Shown here piece by piece: positions 17,637-27,476 of a stretch of 38,497 nucleotides of DNA (its first letter is position 1; each line of letters opens with the position of its first letter). The notes under the pieces are model-generated. The model was not told the DNA's origin. It was given only the letters and a program-made list of their open reading frames with translations, and did not search any database. The translations under genes were made by a program, and so were the position numbers. Source of the stretch: a virus (Duplodnaviria > Caudoviricetes); IMG/VR virus record IMGVR_UViG_3300030059_003702, positions 1 to 38,497 of that record. One strand, written 5' to 3'.

Positions 17637-17672
17637 TGTAATTTCTTAATCACTTTAAAATGTCAATTTTTG
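17637..17672 (+). promoter_or_regulatory. Putative late promoter
   Basis: CTGTAATTTCTTAAT (identical 15-mer at 26486) followed by AATTTTTG just before ATG 17677. Confidence 0.55.
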
Positions 17673-17676
17673 AATT

Positions 17677-18021
17677 ATGAAAGTTGATTTTTTAAAATTA
17701 TCTGAGGCTTTAAAGTTGATGAAGAGAGTGGATAATGAAGGTGAATTAATTCCTTTTAACTGCTCTGTTAGGACCTTTAATAGAAATTCTAAAAAAGGTG
17801 GCACTTTATTAAACATAAAGCAATGCATCCTTTTACCTCTTTCCTTTGGTGATTCTAAAAAAAATAATTCAGTGCAAAGTCTAGGCTTTAAATCTAATGC
17901 GCAAAGAAACCCTAATCACTTTGAGCATAGGACAAGAAATTTAAAACTACCTAACGGAAACACTAAAAAGATTAATCTCAATTTTTTGATTTCTGTTAAC
18001 AATATACCTGTGATATACTAA
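17677..18021 (+). CDS. Hypothetical protein upstream of portal
   Basis: 114 aa, 'RNPNHFEHRTRNL' motif; coupled to portal (TAATG). Confidence 0.7.
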   Translation: MKVDFLKLSEALKLMKRVDNEGELIPFNCSVRTFNRNSKKGGTLLNIKQCILLPLSFGDSKKNNSVQSLGFKSNAQRNPNHFEHRTRNLKLPNGNTKKINLNFLISVNNIPVIY

Positions 18022-19358
18022 TGGCTCTAGAATTTATAAACGACAAATTAGCATTTGGTACTCATAATGGAGCAGTCTTTTCTTTTAACAAAAAAGAAAT
18101 GCCATCTACAGTGCAAGTAGAAATTAAAAACTCAACAGGTAAACTAGTCTCTTGGGGACCAAATAATGATACTCCACAAAAAATAATGGAAGGCATTTCT
18201 AAATCTGGAACAGCTAAAGCTGCTTTAAGATTTAATAAAAAGGTTCATTATGGTAATGGTTTAGTATTTACTAAAGAAGCTTTTGAAGAAGGAAGCACTA
18301 AAAAGAAAATCATACCCATAAGCCTCACCGACCATCCAGAGATTGCTCAGTTTTTTATAAAAAACAAAATGAAGCGTTTCTTTCAAGAAACTATTTCAGA
18401 TTTAGAAACATTTTCTTTTGCTAATCCAGAGTATATTCTATCTGCAGACTTTAATAAAATTAACAGAGTAAGACGACAAAAAACTGCTTGGTGCCGTTTT
18501 GAGGTTATGAATGAATCCACAGGATATATAGATCATATTTACTTGTCTCAACGTTGGGGAACCACTAACAACACAGAAGAAGACAAGTTTACAAAACGTA
18601 TTAAGCATATAGATCCTTATTGGACACCAGAAGAAGTAAAAGACTATTGCCGAAAACATAAAATAACCAACTTTATAAGACCTTCATTTTACCCTACAAC
18701 TATTGAAGGTTATTATCCAGTTGCAGATTGGCATACCATTATTGAAAGCGGTTGGATAGATGTAGCTAACAGTATTCCAGAATACAAGAAGGCAATGTTT
18801 AAAAATCAGATTTCAATAAAATATCTTATTGAAATAGATGAACGCTATTTTGAGCAGGTTTATAAAGATGTTTGGGAAGATTTTTCTGTTGATGAACGCA
18901 AAGACAAGAGAAAAGAAGTCATTGATGCCATTGATACACACTTAGGTGGCTCATCAGAAGCAGGCAAAAGCATTCAATCTATGAAAATAGATGTAGGAGA
19001 TGGCCAAACTGTATCTGCTATAACAATCACTCCAATAGATGATAAGTTTAAAGACGGTGCCTACCTGCCAGAAGCCTCTGCAGCAAATGGTGAAATATTA
19101 TTTGCCTTTTCTGTAGATCCTAGTGTTATAGGTGCAGGTATTCCTGGAGGCCTTGGTGCAGGTTCTGGAAGTGATAAGCGCGAAGCCTTTACAATTGCCT
19201 CTGCGTTAATGAAAACCAATAGAGAAACAACATTAGAGATTTATGATTTTATAGCAGAATATAACAAGTGGGATCCTTTAATAACACCACATTTTGAAAA
19301 CACCATCCTAACCACACTAGATAAAAACCCAACAGGAACCCAAAATGCAGTAAACTAA
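18021..19358 (+). CDS. Portal protein
   Basis: 445 aa after TerL; 'SWGPNNDTPQ', 'YYPVADW', 'GSGSDKREA' motifs typical of Bacteroidota phage portals. Confidence 0.8.
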   Translation: MALEFINDKLAFGTHNGAVFSFNKKEMPSTVQVEIKNSTGKLVSWGPNNDTPQKIMEGISKSGTAKAALRFNKKVHYGNGLVFTKEAFEEGSTKKKIIPISLTDHPEIAQFFIKNKMKRFFQETISDLETFSFANPEYILSADFNKINRVRRQKTAWCRFEVMNESTGYIDHIYLSQRWGTTNNTEEDKFTKRIKHIDPYWTPEEVKDYCRKHKITNFIRPSFYPTTIEGYYPVADWHTIIESGWIDVANSIPEYKKAMFKNQISIKYLIEIDERYFEQVYKDVWEDFSVDERKDKRKEVIDAIDTHLGGSSEAGKSIQSMKIDVGDGQTVSAITITPIDDKFKDGAYLPEASAANGEILFAFSVDPSVIGAGIPGGLGAGSGSDKREAFTIASALMKTNRETTLEIYDFIAEYNKWDPLITPHFENTILTTLDKNPTGTQNAVN

Positions 19359-20332
19359 TGGCAATATTAGAAACCACAGATATATTACAGGAATACATTG
19401 CCGTTCGTAATGATTTTGTAATTGAAGACTTAAAGCCCTTTAAACGCCAAGCGTTAAGAGAGTATGTTAAACCTTTTGTAGGAAAATTAGACACAGAGTT
19501 AGCCAGTCCTGCAACAGGAGAAAATGCAGAAATAAAAAATGAGGCTAGAGAGCTTTTAGAAGAAACTGTGGCCTGTTTTTCTTTTTATTTAGGTGCACCA
19601 GAACTAGCATTACAAATATCTGGAAGCGGTATAAGTGTTGCCGAAACTACCAATTATAAAAAAGCAAACACCTTTGAGAAAAACGAGTTTCAAAGAAACC
19701 TACTTAGGCGCGCACACACGTCACTAGATGCTTTATTGTTAATCCTAGAAGATAACGCCTCTTTATTTAGTAGCTACACAGCAGAGTTGCAAGACATAAA
19801 CAAAGAGCTTATTGTAAATAGCACGCAGGTGTTTAACCAATATTATAATATTCATAACTCCAGACAAACCTACTTAGCCCTTAAGCCATTTATAAGACGT
19901 GTAGAAGATCAATACTTAAGCAGTTGGTTATGCTCAGAGTTTATTACAGAGTTAAAGCAACCACAAACTAACCTAAATTATAAAACTGCAAAACTATTGT
20001 TGCAAAAAGCAACGGTGGCTTTTACCGTTTCAAAAGCTGTTTTAGAAGGCTTGTTTATACTAGACCAGAACGGCATCCATTTAAAGTTTGACACGTTGGA
20101 GTATGAGAAGACGGCCACCAATACAAACCTTAAGATTAATGATTTTTTAATGCGAACTTCTAAACAACAGGAGTTAGCAGGAGAAGAGTATTTAAGGCAA
20201 GTATCTAATTATTTAATAGCCAACAAAGACGCTTTTACACAATGTAATGGCTCTATCATATTAGAAAAAGATGAAGCTGCTAGCACTTCTGTGGTGCAAA
20301 TAAGTAACAACAAAAGAATATTAGCCCTATGA
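19358..20332 (+). CDS. Putative head-tail adaptor (DUF6712-like, two-repeat helical protein)
   Basis: Directly after portal; internal two-fold similarity (ISGSGIS / LDQNGIH segments). Confidence 0.55.
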   Translation: MAILETTDILQEYIAVRNDFVIEDLKPFKRQALREYVKPFVGKLDTELASPATGENAEIKNEARELLEETVACFSFYLGAPELALQISGSGISVAETTNYKKANTFEKNEFQRNLLRRAHTSLDALLLILEDNASLFSSYTAELQDINKELIVNSTQVFNQYYNIHNSRQTYLALKPFIRRVEDQYLSSWLCSEFITELKQPQTNLNYKTAKLLLQKATVAFTVSKAVLEGLFILDQNGIHLKFDTLEYEKTATNTNLKINDFLMRTSKQQELAGEEYLRQVSNYLIANKDAFTQCNGSIILEKDEAASTSVVQISNNKRILAL

Positions 20333-22578
20333 TCTCCGCAAACCCATTAGCGCCTGCTTGCAATGCGCAAACAGAAAACACTCCTATTTCTAATTTGGTA
20401 GAAAACGGTATTGAGCCATATTACGTAAGTCCTACACCTACACCACAAACAGAGAATTTCTTTATAGATGTAATCATTGCAGATAACATTAACAATAGAG
20501 CGCAACAGATACCACAATCAAGCAAGCTTATATACATCTATACGTTATTTCAGTATGGTGGTCAAAGTTTCCGTAAGATATGGGTATTAGACAACTCCAA
20601 TAGAGCGTATGGTCAAGGCACACCGCCAATAGGTTCAAATAATTTAATAGAGTTCAACACGCAGGCACTACAACAGAACAGCGTTGTAGACTTGGGAGAT
20701 ATTGGCGCACTTGTAGGTAACGAAACTTATGAAGAACATCTAAGAGATTATATAAACGCACAAGACCCGTCTATAGGGTTAATCAATAGCGGAACGATAA
20801 GAGCAGACTTTGGTGGTGATGTAAGGGAATTTAATTTCAGTAATGTAACTGGTGATTATGGTCTTAACGTAAATCAAACAGAGGTTACAGATTTTCAGTT
20901 ATATGGAGAAAGTAACAATGAAGAAGATGCAGGCACGACAGTAACTAAGACATCCCAAATACCAATTAATGATGGTCAAGATGGCACAAGCCGTTATATA
21001 GAAGAAGATGAACTTGAATCGTTAGAGACAGACCCAACAGTACCTCAATACATTAAAGATTTAACTTCTGAAAATATAGAAAACTTTGCTACAGCTTTTG
21101 AAAAAAACACAATTAATGTAACTGTTACAGGTGATCAAAACAAACAACTTACGTTAACAAAACGTGATGGTTCAATCTTAATTGCAACGTTTACAGATAA
21201 TCAAGGTGAAGTAGTAGATAATGTAGTGAACTCTATAGATTTTGATGAAACTAATGGAGTGTTATCTATTCAGACAGAGGAAGGGAACACCTTAACAACA
21301 TCTTTTGATGGTCGTTATGCATTATGGGCTCACAATCACGAAATATCACAAATTAATGGCTTGCAGGGAGAGTTAGATAACACGCTAAAAAAGACTGGCG
21401 AGACATCACAGACTATAGATGGAAGCATTAAATTATTAGGTAATAATAGAACACTTGGTCAAGAAAGCGCATCTTATTATTATTTATTAGCGGGTACTCA
21501 GTATTCTTTTATAGGGTTTAGCTCAAATGGCGAGTATAGAATAAGTCCTACTTCAAATTATGGGCAAGCGGCATCATCTATAACTAACTCAACAATTTTC
21601 AAAGGTAATGGAAATGTAGGCTTAGGTAAAAATCCAACTGAAAAATTAGATATTGCAGGCAATGTAAAAGCGGGTAAACACATCACCAATGGCGGTGACG
21701 GCACAAACTTAATAGACGACAATGGCGACTTAGTACCTAAGAGTACGTTTGCAACAAGTGGAGAATTAAACAATGCTGTAAAAAAGACTGGCGAAACATC
21801 TCAAACCATAGTTGGTGAAGTAGTTGCGGATAATTTTAAAACTACCGACGGCAACTACAAAGTAGAAACATTTTCAGATAACAGAACGTTAGGCGGTGGC
21901 GCAACAACACTTCAAGCGGGTATTGAAGTGCAAGGTTCTTTTGAAAGCGTACTAACCCGCCTTTTAATGGGTATTGAAGAGAATGGTGAGGCGTATTTAC
22001 ACGCAGACAACCATTTTACAATACGAGGTAAAAACTTAGCACAATTACTAACAGACCATTACCAATTGACAAACACAGAAAACGGATACACTTTTAAAGA
22101 AGTTGGCGTTAGTGGTCATACTGTTTTTAAATTAGACCCGACAAGATTTGTAAACATCGCAGAGGTTTTATTGCCTAAAAATAGCGGAAGAATAGTTGTA
22201 TCTGAATCAACTACGATACCATCACAAAGCGTACCTAATTTAAGATACAGTAGTACGACTGGAACAGTTAGCGAAATAGAGCGCCCAACTTCTACATTCA
22301 TTAATACTTCAAATACTGGTTTTTCTGAAAGAAACATAACCTACAACGTTGTAAATGGCAGGCTTATTTTAATAGGTGGTGCAACGGCTGCAGCTACTTC
22401 AACAGATGTTGAACTATTAACACTCCCAACAGACCAAAGACCAGATGCCACAAGGATTATAAGCGGTTTTGGCGTTAATATGACAGTAGACCACACTACT
22501 GGTAAAGTTCTAGTTGCAAGCACTAATGCAAGCAGTAGTTACGTGTTTGACTTTGAATTAACTCTAAACTTCCTATAA
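20329..22578 (+). CDS. Tail fibre / receptor-binding protein
   Basis: 749 aa Thr/Asn/Gly-rich; 'AHNHEISQINGLQGELD' fibre motif, 'GNVGLGKNPTEKLDIAGNV', repeated KKTGETSQTI, C-terminal 'LLTLP..RP' beta-sandwich. Confidence 0.8.
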   Translation: MISANPLAPACNAQTENTPISNLVENGIEPYYVSPTPTPQTENFFIDVIIADNINNRAQQIPQSSKLIYIYTLFQYGGQSFRKIWVLDNSNRAYGQGTPPIGSNNLIEFNTQALQQNSVVDLGDIGALVGNETYEEHLRDYINAQDPSIGLINSGTIRADFGGDVREFNFSNVTGDYGLNVNQTEVTDFQLYGESNNEEDAGTTVTKTSQIPINDGQDGTSRYIEEDELESLETDPTVPQYIKDLTSENIENFATAFEKNTINVTVTGDQNKQLTLTKRDGSILIATFTDNQGEVVDNVVNSIDFDETNGVLSIQTEEGNTLTTSFDGRYALWAHNHEISQINGLQGELDNTLKKTGETSQTIDGSIKLLGNNRTLGQESASYYYLLAGTQYSFIGFSSNGEYRISPTSNYGQAASSITNSTIFKGNGNVGLGKNPTEKLDIAGNVKAGKHITNGGDGTNLIDDNGDLVPKSTFATSGELNNAVKKTGETSQTIVGEVVADNFKTTDGNYKVETFSDNRTLGGGATTLQAGIEVQGSFESVLTRLLMGIEENGEAYLHADNHFTIRGKNLAQLLTDHYQLTNTENGYTFKEVGVSGHTVFKLDPTRFVNIAEVLLPKNSGRIVVSESTTIPSQSVPNLRYSSTTGTVSEIERPTSTFINTSNTGFSERNITYNVVNGRLILIGGATAAATSTDVELLTLPTDQRPDATRIISGFGVNMTVDHTTGKVLVASTNASSSYVFDFELTLNFL

Positions 22579-22617
22579 CCCTATGAGAACGTACAATATT
22601 TACAAGCCATTTAAACT

Positions 22618-23118
22618 ATGACAATTTCAATACACAAAATAGGCGCATTTACCATCATAGATTATTACGATGGTAATAACCTACGTATAGATAGAGATAT
22701 AGAGGCGCGCCCATTACGTGTAAAGGTGCAGGCAGCACAATCTTTAAGGCCGTATTTACAAATTGGCAAAACATTAGAGTACCCAAAAGTGTACCCAGAA
22801 ATGCTTAAAAATGTTGCTATAACAGATGTGTATACTCTTTCAGAATACTTTGCCAATAAAGGATTTTTCTCCGGTAAAGAAACTACAATGTTTGTAGGTG
22901 GCTCTGCTTCATTTACAGGAACAGAAGACACCGTAACTGTTACAGATGAAAATATTGCAAGTAACGACACCATAAAAACTAGTGACAGCCAAAACGAAAA
23001 CGAAACATTTAGTGATCCTGTAGTAAGCGCAGGAAGCTTTACGTTAACACGGTCCAGAAATAACCCTTTAATACCATTTAGGAACAGTCCAGAGTTTACC
23101 TGGTTCGTAGAAAATTAA
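22618..23118 (+). CDS. Hypothetical virion/fibre-associated protein
   Basis: 166 aa, beta-rich C-terminus, follows the fibre gene. Confidence 0.55.
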   Translation: MTISIHKIGAFTIIDYYDGNNLRIDRDIEARPLRVKVQAAQSLRPYLQIGKTLEYPKVYPEMLKNVAITDVYTLSEYFANKGFFSGKETTMFVGGSASFTGTEDTVTVTDENIASNDTIKTSDSQNENETFSDPVVSAGSFTLTRSRNNPLIPFRNSPEFTWFVEN

Positions 23119-23120
23119 TT

Positions 23121-23900
23121 ATGGCTTGGTCAGAAACAGTAACAGAATTTATAAGACGCATTAACCCTGTTAAACTCTTCTTTTGGGGCTTATTTGCCAC
23201 ATTGTTGGTTTTCCTATGGAGTATTAAAGGTGAAGCCTTTGAGTACATGAACAATAGCGACGAACGCAAATACCAAAGAATGCTAGACAAAATAGAGCTA
23301 GAGCGTAAAGTTAGGCAAGAATTAGACAGTGTAGAGCTAGAAAAAAATAAGCTAGAAACAGAGCTATTTATGTACAAAAACGGCTCTATTAATGACATAA
23401 TGTATGCATTAGAAAGGCGCGTAAAATCATCATCTAGCATTAGCATTTACTCCATACATAATGGTGGTGGCACACCTGTAACTGGTGGAGATAAACGCCT
23501 TAGTGTATTGTATACACAAGACAATGTAAGAGGCGTAGATATTATGAAAGAGTACGGTGGCAAAGGGATATTATTAACTCCTGGTTATGCTGAGTATTCA
23601 GAACGGCTATTAATGCTAAAAGGATTAGGCTATTACGTAACAGATGTTAAAAAAAACTCGTCTATATATGAACCTCAAACACAACCTTATTTAGATAAGC
23701 ACGACACCAAGTCTATGTTTGGGTGTTATATAAAAACAGGACCAACAGCCACATATTACTTAAGCATAAGTTTTGATCACATTGCCGGAATGAATTTAGA
23801 AGGGTATGATCGTGTAAGAAACCTAATGTATGATGCCAGAGATAAATTAAAAGACCTTCTAGATGTTGAGCAGGTAAGTAAAAAATTTAAAAACTCTTAA
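23121..23900 (+). CDS. Putative holin (single TM + coiled coil + GAF-like domain)
   Basis: One N-terminal TM helix, 'IYSIHNGG' and 'KSMFGCYI...YLSISF' GAF-like pattern, immediately upstream of endolysin. Confidence 0.55.
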   Translation: MAWSETVTEFIRRINPVKLFFWGLFATLLVFLWSIKGEAFEYMNNSDERKYQRMLDKIELERKVRQELDSVELEKNKLETELFMYKNGSINDIMYALERRVKSSSSISIYSIHNGGGTPVTGGDKRLSVLYTQDNVRGVDIMKEYGGKGILLTPGYAEYSERLLMLKGLGYYVTDVKKNSSIYEPQTQPYLDKHDTKSMFGCYIKTGPTATYYLSISFDHIAGMNLEGYDRVRNLMYDARDKLKDLLDVEQVSKKFKNS

Positions 23901-23902
23901 AG

Positions 23903-24463
23903 ATGAAACCAAGATTAACAGAGCAAGATTATTTAGATGCTGCTATACAAATTGGCTGTAGTGTAGCTGCAATAAAAGCAGTAGCTTCTGTAGAAAGTAG
24001 AAGCTCTGGATTTTTAAGAAGTGGAGAACCGGTTATACTCTTTGAGGGCCATTGGTTTCATAACCTCACTAATGGTAAATACACTAATGAAAAAAATAGA
24101 GACATCTCACATAAACGTTGGTTGCGTACCTATTACAGTATGAACCAACACAAACGCTTAGCAAAAGCGGTAAAACTAGATAGAGATGCAGCCTTAAAAT
24201 CTGCAAGTTGGGGCAAGTTTCAAATAATGGGCTTTAACTATAAAAAATGTGGCTTTAATAGCCTGCAAGAGTTTATAAATGCAATGTATGACAGTGAGCG
24301 TGCACAGCTTATGGCCTTTGTAGAGTTTGTTATTAGTAGAGGCTTAGATGATGAACTTATAGAGTTAGATTGGGCGTCATTTGCTTATGGTTATAACGGT
24401 CCTGGTTACGCAAAAAACAACTATCACATTAAAATGAGAAGAGCCTATGAAAACTTTGCTTAG
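23903..24463 (+). CDS. Endolysin, N-acetylmuramidase (DUF3380 family)
   Basis: 'AVASVES', 'ILFEGHWF', 'SASWGKFQIMGFN', 'FAYGYNGPGY'. Confidence 0.93.
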   Translation: MKPRLTEQDYLDAAIQIGCSVAAIKAVASVESRSSGFLRSGEPVILFEGHWFHNLTNGKYTNEKNRDISHKRWLRTYYSMNQHKRLAKAVKLDRDAALKSASWGKFQIMGFNYKKCGFNSLQEFINAMYDSERAQLMAFVEFVISRGLDDELIELDWASFAYGYNGPGYAKNNYHIKMRRAYENFA

Positions 24464-24947
24464 ATTTTTATTTATGATTGGCACGCTATTAATTGGCCTT
24501 ATGATTCTTAATAGCTGTGATATTCAGAAACAAGCCACAAAAAACAAAACAGATAGACAGCTTACCGAATCTACAGAAACTAAAGTCTTTAGAAAAGGAG
24601 ACACCGTTAGGTACATTGTTCCTAAAATAACATACAAAGACACTACTATTGTTAAAAAAAACTATGTCACCGGAACAACGCAAATTGTAAGGTATAATGA
24701 TGAAGGCCAAGTAAGTGATGTTGAATGTATATCTGGTGCAATTGAAGAGTTTACAAAATCTAACAGGTTGCTCATTGAAGCCATTAAAGAAAAGGACAAA
24801 ACAACAGATCATAACTTTGACTCAAAAGTAATACTGTATTTTATGATAGGCTTAGCACTTATAGTTGGTGTAGCTTTATTTATTGTCTTCAAAAACATTT
24901 CTACACAGTCAAAGGCCATTACTAATATATTAGAAAAGCTTGGCTAA
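24447..24947 (+). CDS. Putative unimolecular spanin
   Basis: Lipobox-like LNSC after a hydrophobic signal, beta-rich middle, C-terminal TM helix; follows endolysin. Confidence 0.65.
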   Translation: MKTLLRFLFMIGTLLIGLMILNSCDIQKQATKNKTDRQLTESTETKVFRKGDTVRYIVPKITYKDTTIVKKNYVTGTTQIVRYNDEGQVSDVECISGAIEEFTKSNRLLIEAIKEKDKTTDHNFDSKVILYFMIGLALIVGVALFIVFKNISTQSKAITNILEKLG

Positions 24948-24957
24948 CTTTGTAGCG

Positions 24958-25287
24958 ATGGCTACACGTTTACAAATGTCTAGAGATTTTCAGCGCTTTA
25001 TGCATAAGGCGCACTTAAGGCATTCAAAACTTGAAGAAGCTATACCTCATAAATTCTCTAGACTCTACGATGCAGAGCATAAAGGCGCTTTAGGTTATGG
25101 CACATTTTCAAGTCAATTAAAAGCTATAAAACAAGACCTTGCGCAGCGCATAGAGTACTTACAGGAACATTCTACTTCTAAAACCTTATACGGTAAATTA
25201 AGACACCAACTCCAGAACGCACAAAACTGTGAAGACTTACACCGTGTTTTTAAAAACGGCATCTGGCTGTTAGAAAATAAATATTAA
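24958..25287 (+). CDS. Hypothetical protein with own promoter
   Basis: Perfect -7 box TAACTTTG at 24945-24952 directly before ATG 24958 (track start 24940 is TTG). Confidence 0.6.
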   Translation: MATRLQMSRDFQRFMHKAHLRHSKLEEAIPHKFSRLYDAEHKGALGYGTFSSQLKAIKQDLAQRIEYLQEHSTSKTLYGKLRHQLQNAQNCEDLHRVFKNGIWLLENKY

Positions 25288-25324
25288 TAAAGTTTGCTAT
25301 CAGCAAACTTTATTGTATATTTAC
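25286..25324 (+). promoter_or_regulatory. Palindromic operator overlapping a Bacteroidota-type promoter
   Basis: AATAAAGTTTGCT-ATC-AGCAAACTTTATT (13-bp perfect arms) followed by TATATTTA. Confidence 0.7.
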
Positions 25325-25380
25325 ATCAGTAATAAAGCAAGGGTTCTTTTACATATTGATAAACAACAAAAGTTATAAAA

Positions 25381-25725
25381 ATGACAAAAACAGTAGACAG
25401 CGTTTGGGAATACGCACAAAACAATCCTAATGGTTTTACAATTAACATTCTTACGTTAAAACCAATTAAATTCGGAATAGCAGTCGCTTACTTAGACACA
25501 CAAAACTCTTTCGGGTACAATCAACTAAAACACGTTATTAATCACGCTTTAAAGCATCAAAACATTGTAGGCGGTTGGCTTAATGTAGACAACCAAATGT
25601 TTTATTTTGATAGTATAAGGCTCTTTAAAAATTCAGAATTAAATGAAGCAATACAATTCGCAAAACAGCACAAACAAATAGCAATATTTGATATTACTAA
25701 CCTAAAAGAAATAAGAATTAAATAG
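25381..25725 (+). CDS. Hypothetical phage accessory protein
   Basis: 114 aa; 'GFT', 'VGGW', 'YFD', 'AIQFAKQHKQIAIFD' motifs. Confidence 0.75.
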   Translation: MTKTVDSVWEYAQNNPNGFTINILTLKPIKFGIAVAYLDTQNSFGYNQLKHVINHALKHQNIVGGWLNVDNQMFYFDSIRLFKNSELNEAIQFAKQHKQIAIFDITNLKEIRIK

Positions 25726-25742
25726 GAGGCGAAAGCCTCCTA
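25723..25742 (+). other. GAAA-tetraloop hairpin without U-tract
   Basis: TAGGAGGC-GAAA-GCCTCCTA. Confidence 0.7.
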
Positions 25743-25777
25743 CCCTTGCCAATTACATCACTATAAATATTGAAAAA

Positions 25778-26245
25778 ATGAGTATTACAGAAGAAATTAA
25801 AGAGAACATACGCACAAGTGTTGCTAACTATAAAAAATCGGGTATTAACATTACTATTTTAGATCACAAAGATGATAAAAGAGGTGAGAATGGCCTGCCC
25901 TACAAAGTTGTAAAAATTAAGCAAGAGCGCTTAATAAATGGCTTTATACTAACTCAAAAACAATTAGTAGAACGCGCTAATGAAGTGTTTAAATTTTATT
26001 GGTTTCCTATACAGATAGTACCTGTAGTTTATTCATTAAATGTGGATGATATTACCTTAGATTGGATTTTAAGTAAAATGAAAACCTTTGGTGTATCTAG
26101 AAAAGACCTTATAAAGCAATTAGCTATAGATAAATCTTCATTAAGCTTAAAGCTATCTGGAGAAAGGGCTTTATCTAAGCTAGACAAAGCGGCTTTTTTC
26201 TACTACTTTTTAGTGTATGAACTTAACAGAGACTTTAGAGATTAA
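25778..26245 (+). CDS. Protein with C-terminal XRE HTH
   Basis: GVSRKDLIKQLAIDKSSLSLKLSGERALSK. Confidence 0.75.
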   Translation: MSITEEIKENIRTSVANYKKSGINITILDHKDDKRGENGLPYKVVKIKQERLINGFILTQKQLVERANEVFKFYWFPIQIVPVVYSLNVDDITLDWILSKMKTFGVSRKDLIKQLAIDKSSLSLKLSGERALSKLDKAAFFYYFLVYELNRDFRD

Positions 26246-26262
26246 TTTTAACCTTCCAAACG

Positions 26263-26481
26263 ATGAACGCACAACAAAAAGCAGAATATTTAGTAAATAA
26301 ATATTTAAACTTACCATTATGTGAAAGTGTAGAGGCAGCAAAGTATGCCGCGAACATTTGTATAGAAGAAATTTTACTGTCTAACCCAACAATACAAGGA
26401 GATAGTGAAGATATGGTAACTAAAATTATACAAACAAAAGCCTATTGGCATAAGGTTAAAGAAGAAGTTTACAGCCTCTGA
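26263..26481 (+). CDS. Hypothetical phage protein
   Basis: 72 aa 'KAEYLVNKY...AK..A.IC.EEI...YW.KVK.E' pattern typical of small Bacteroidota phage genes. Confidence 0.7.
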   Translation: MNAQQKAEYLVNKYLNLPLCESVEAAKYAANICIEEILLSNPTIQGDSEDMVTKIIQTKAYWHKVKEEVYSL

Positions 26482-26535
26482 ATTTCTGTAATTTCTTAAT
26501 GGCGTTGTCCTGTATAACTTGCATAAAAAACAACA

Positions 26536-26715
26536 ATGCAGGACAACCAAGCCTTACAGGATATTATTAATGAACTTCCAGATACGTTTATTAATAAAGT
26601 TATGCAGGAAACTATTGTGGCCAACCTAACTGCATTAAGAGATATACACACTTGCTATAACAGGCGCGCGGTTATAAATGCAAGAATAGAACGCTTAAAC
26701 TGGTTAGCACCTTAA
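26536..26715 (+). CDS. Hypothetical protein (59 aa; not in ORF track)
   Basis: MQDNQALQDIINELPDTFINKVMQ...; downstream of the TGTAATT motif at 26487 and ends 3 nt before the next ATG. Confidence 0.55.
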   Translation: MQDNQALQDIINELPDTFINKVMQETIVANLTALRDIHTCYNRRAVINARIERLNWLAP

Positions 26716-26718
26716 ATT

Positions 26719-27471
26719 ATGGCCATTACAAAACAACTCAGTATTCCTGCCAATTGGGAAGCCCTTACAGATACTCAGCTTAAAGATATTGCTACACTGT
26801 TGTACAGCAACCCAAACGAAAAACAGTTTGCTATTAAAGCGCTACACATACTTATAAACCCTAATAACACTATTAAGAAAAATAAGCTCTTAGGGCTAAT
26901 ATTATCCAATTACAGGTTAGAAGATTTAAAACCACATATGGCATTTCTTTATAAAGACACTAACCGGAAAACATTTATAAAAGAAATTAATATAAACGAC
27001 ACCTACTATATTGCACCACAGCCGTTTCTGTTTAATATTTCTATTTATGAATTTAGCATTGCAGATGATTTTTATATGCGGTTTAGAAAAGCTAAGACAC
27101 GTAAAGACCAATTAATGTATTTAAGGTATATGGCTGCAGTGCTATATGTTCCAGAATCATCATCTCCTAAACGCCCAGTGTTTTATTTAGAAACTATTGA
27201 GCAACTGGTGCAACCGTTTAATACGTGTAATACTAAAGACTTATATGCAATGCTGGTGGCTTACCAAGGCTGCAGATTTCTATTAGAAAAACGCTACAAA
27301 AAAGTATTTAAAAGCGCTGCAGGAACACCAAAAGGCCCAACTAAAAACTATGGCTTTGGTAAAGTTATATTAGAAATGGCAGGCGGTAAATTTGGAGATC
27401 ACCAAACCACAAAACAAACATTGCTACACACCTTCCTAGAACAATGGGACCAAGATTTAACTAAAAAATAA
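26719..27471 (+). CDS. Hypothetical late protein, possible tail assembly chaperone
   Basis: 250 aa, 'IPANWEALT' start, helical; function inferred from synteny. Confidence 0.5.
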   Translation: MAITKQLSIPANWEALTDTQLKDIATLLYSNPNEKQFAIKALHILINPNNTIKKNKLLGLILSNYRLEDLKPHMAFLYKDTNRKTFIKEININDTYYIAPQPFLFNISIYEFSIADDFYMRFRKAKTRKDQLMYLRYMAAVLYVPESSSPKRPVFYLETIEQLVQPFNTCNTKDLYAMLVAYQGCRFLLEKRYKKVFKSAAGTPKGPTKNYGFGKVILEMAGGKFGDHQTTKQTLLHTFLEQWDQDLTKK

Positions 27472-27476
27472 GCGCT

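Noticed and set aside
20329-22578. Diversity-generating retroelement or invertible fibre locus
   Set aside because: No reverse transcriptase or invertase; the internal repeat differs at non-adenine positions and both copies are in the same frame
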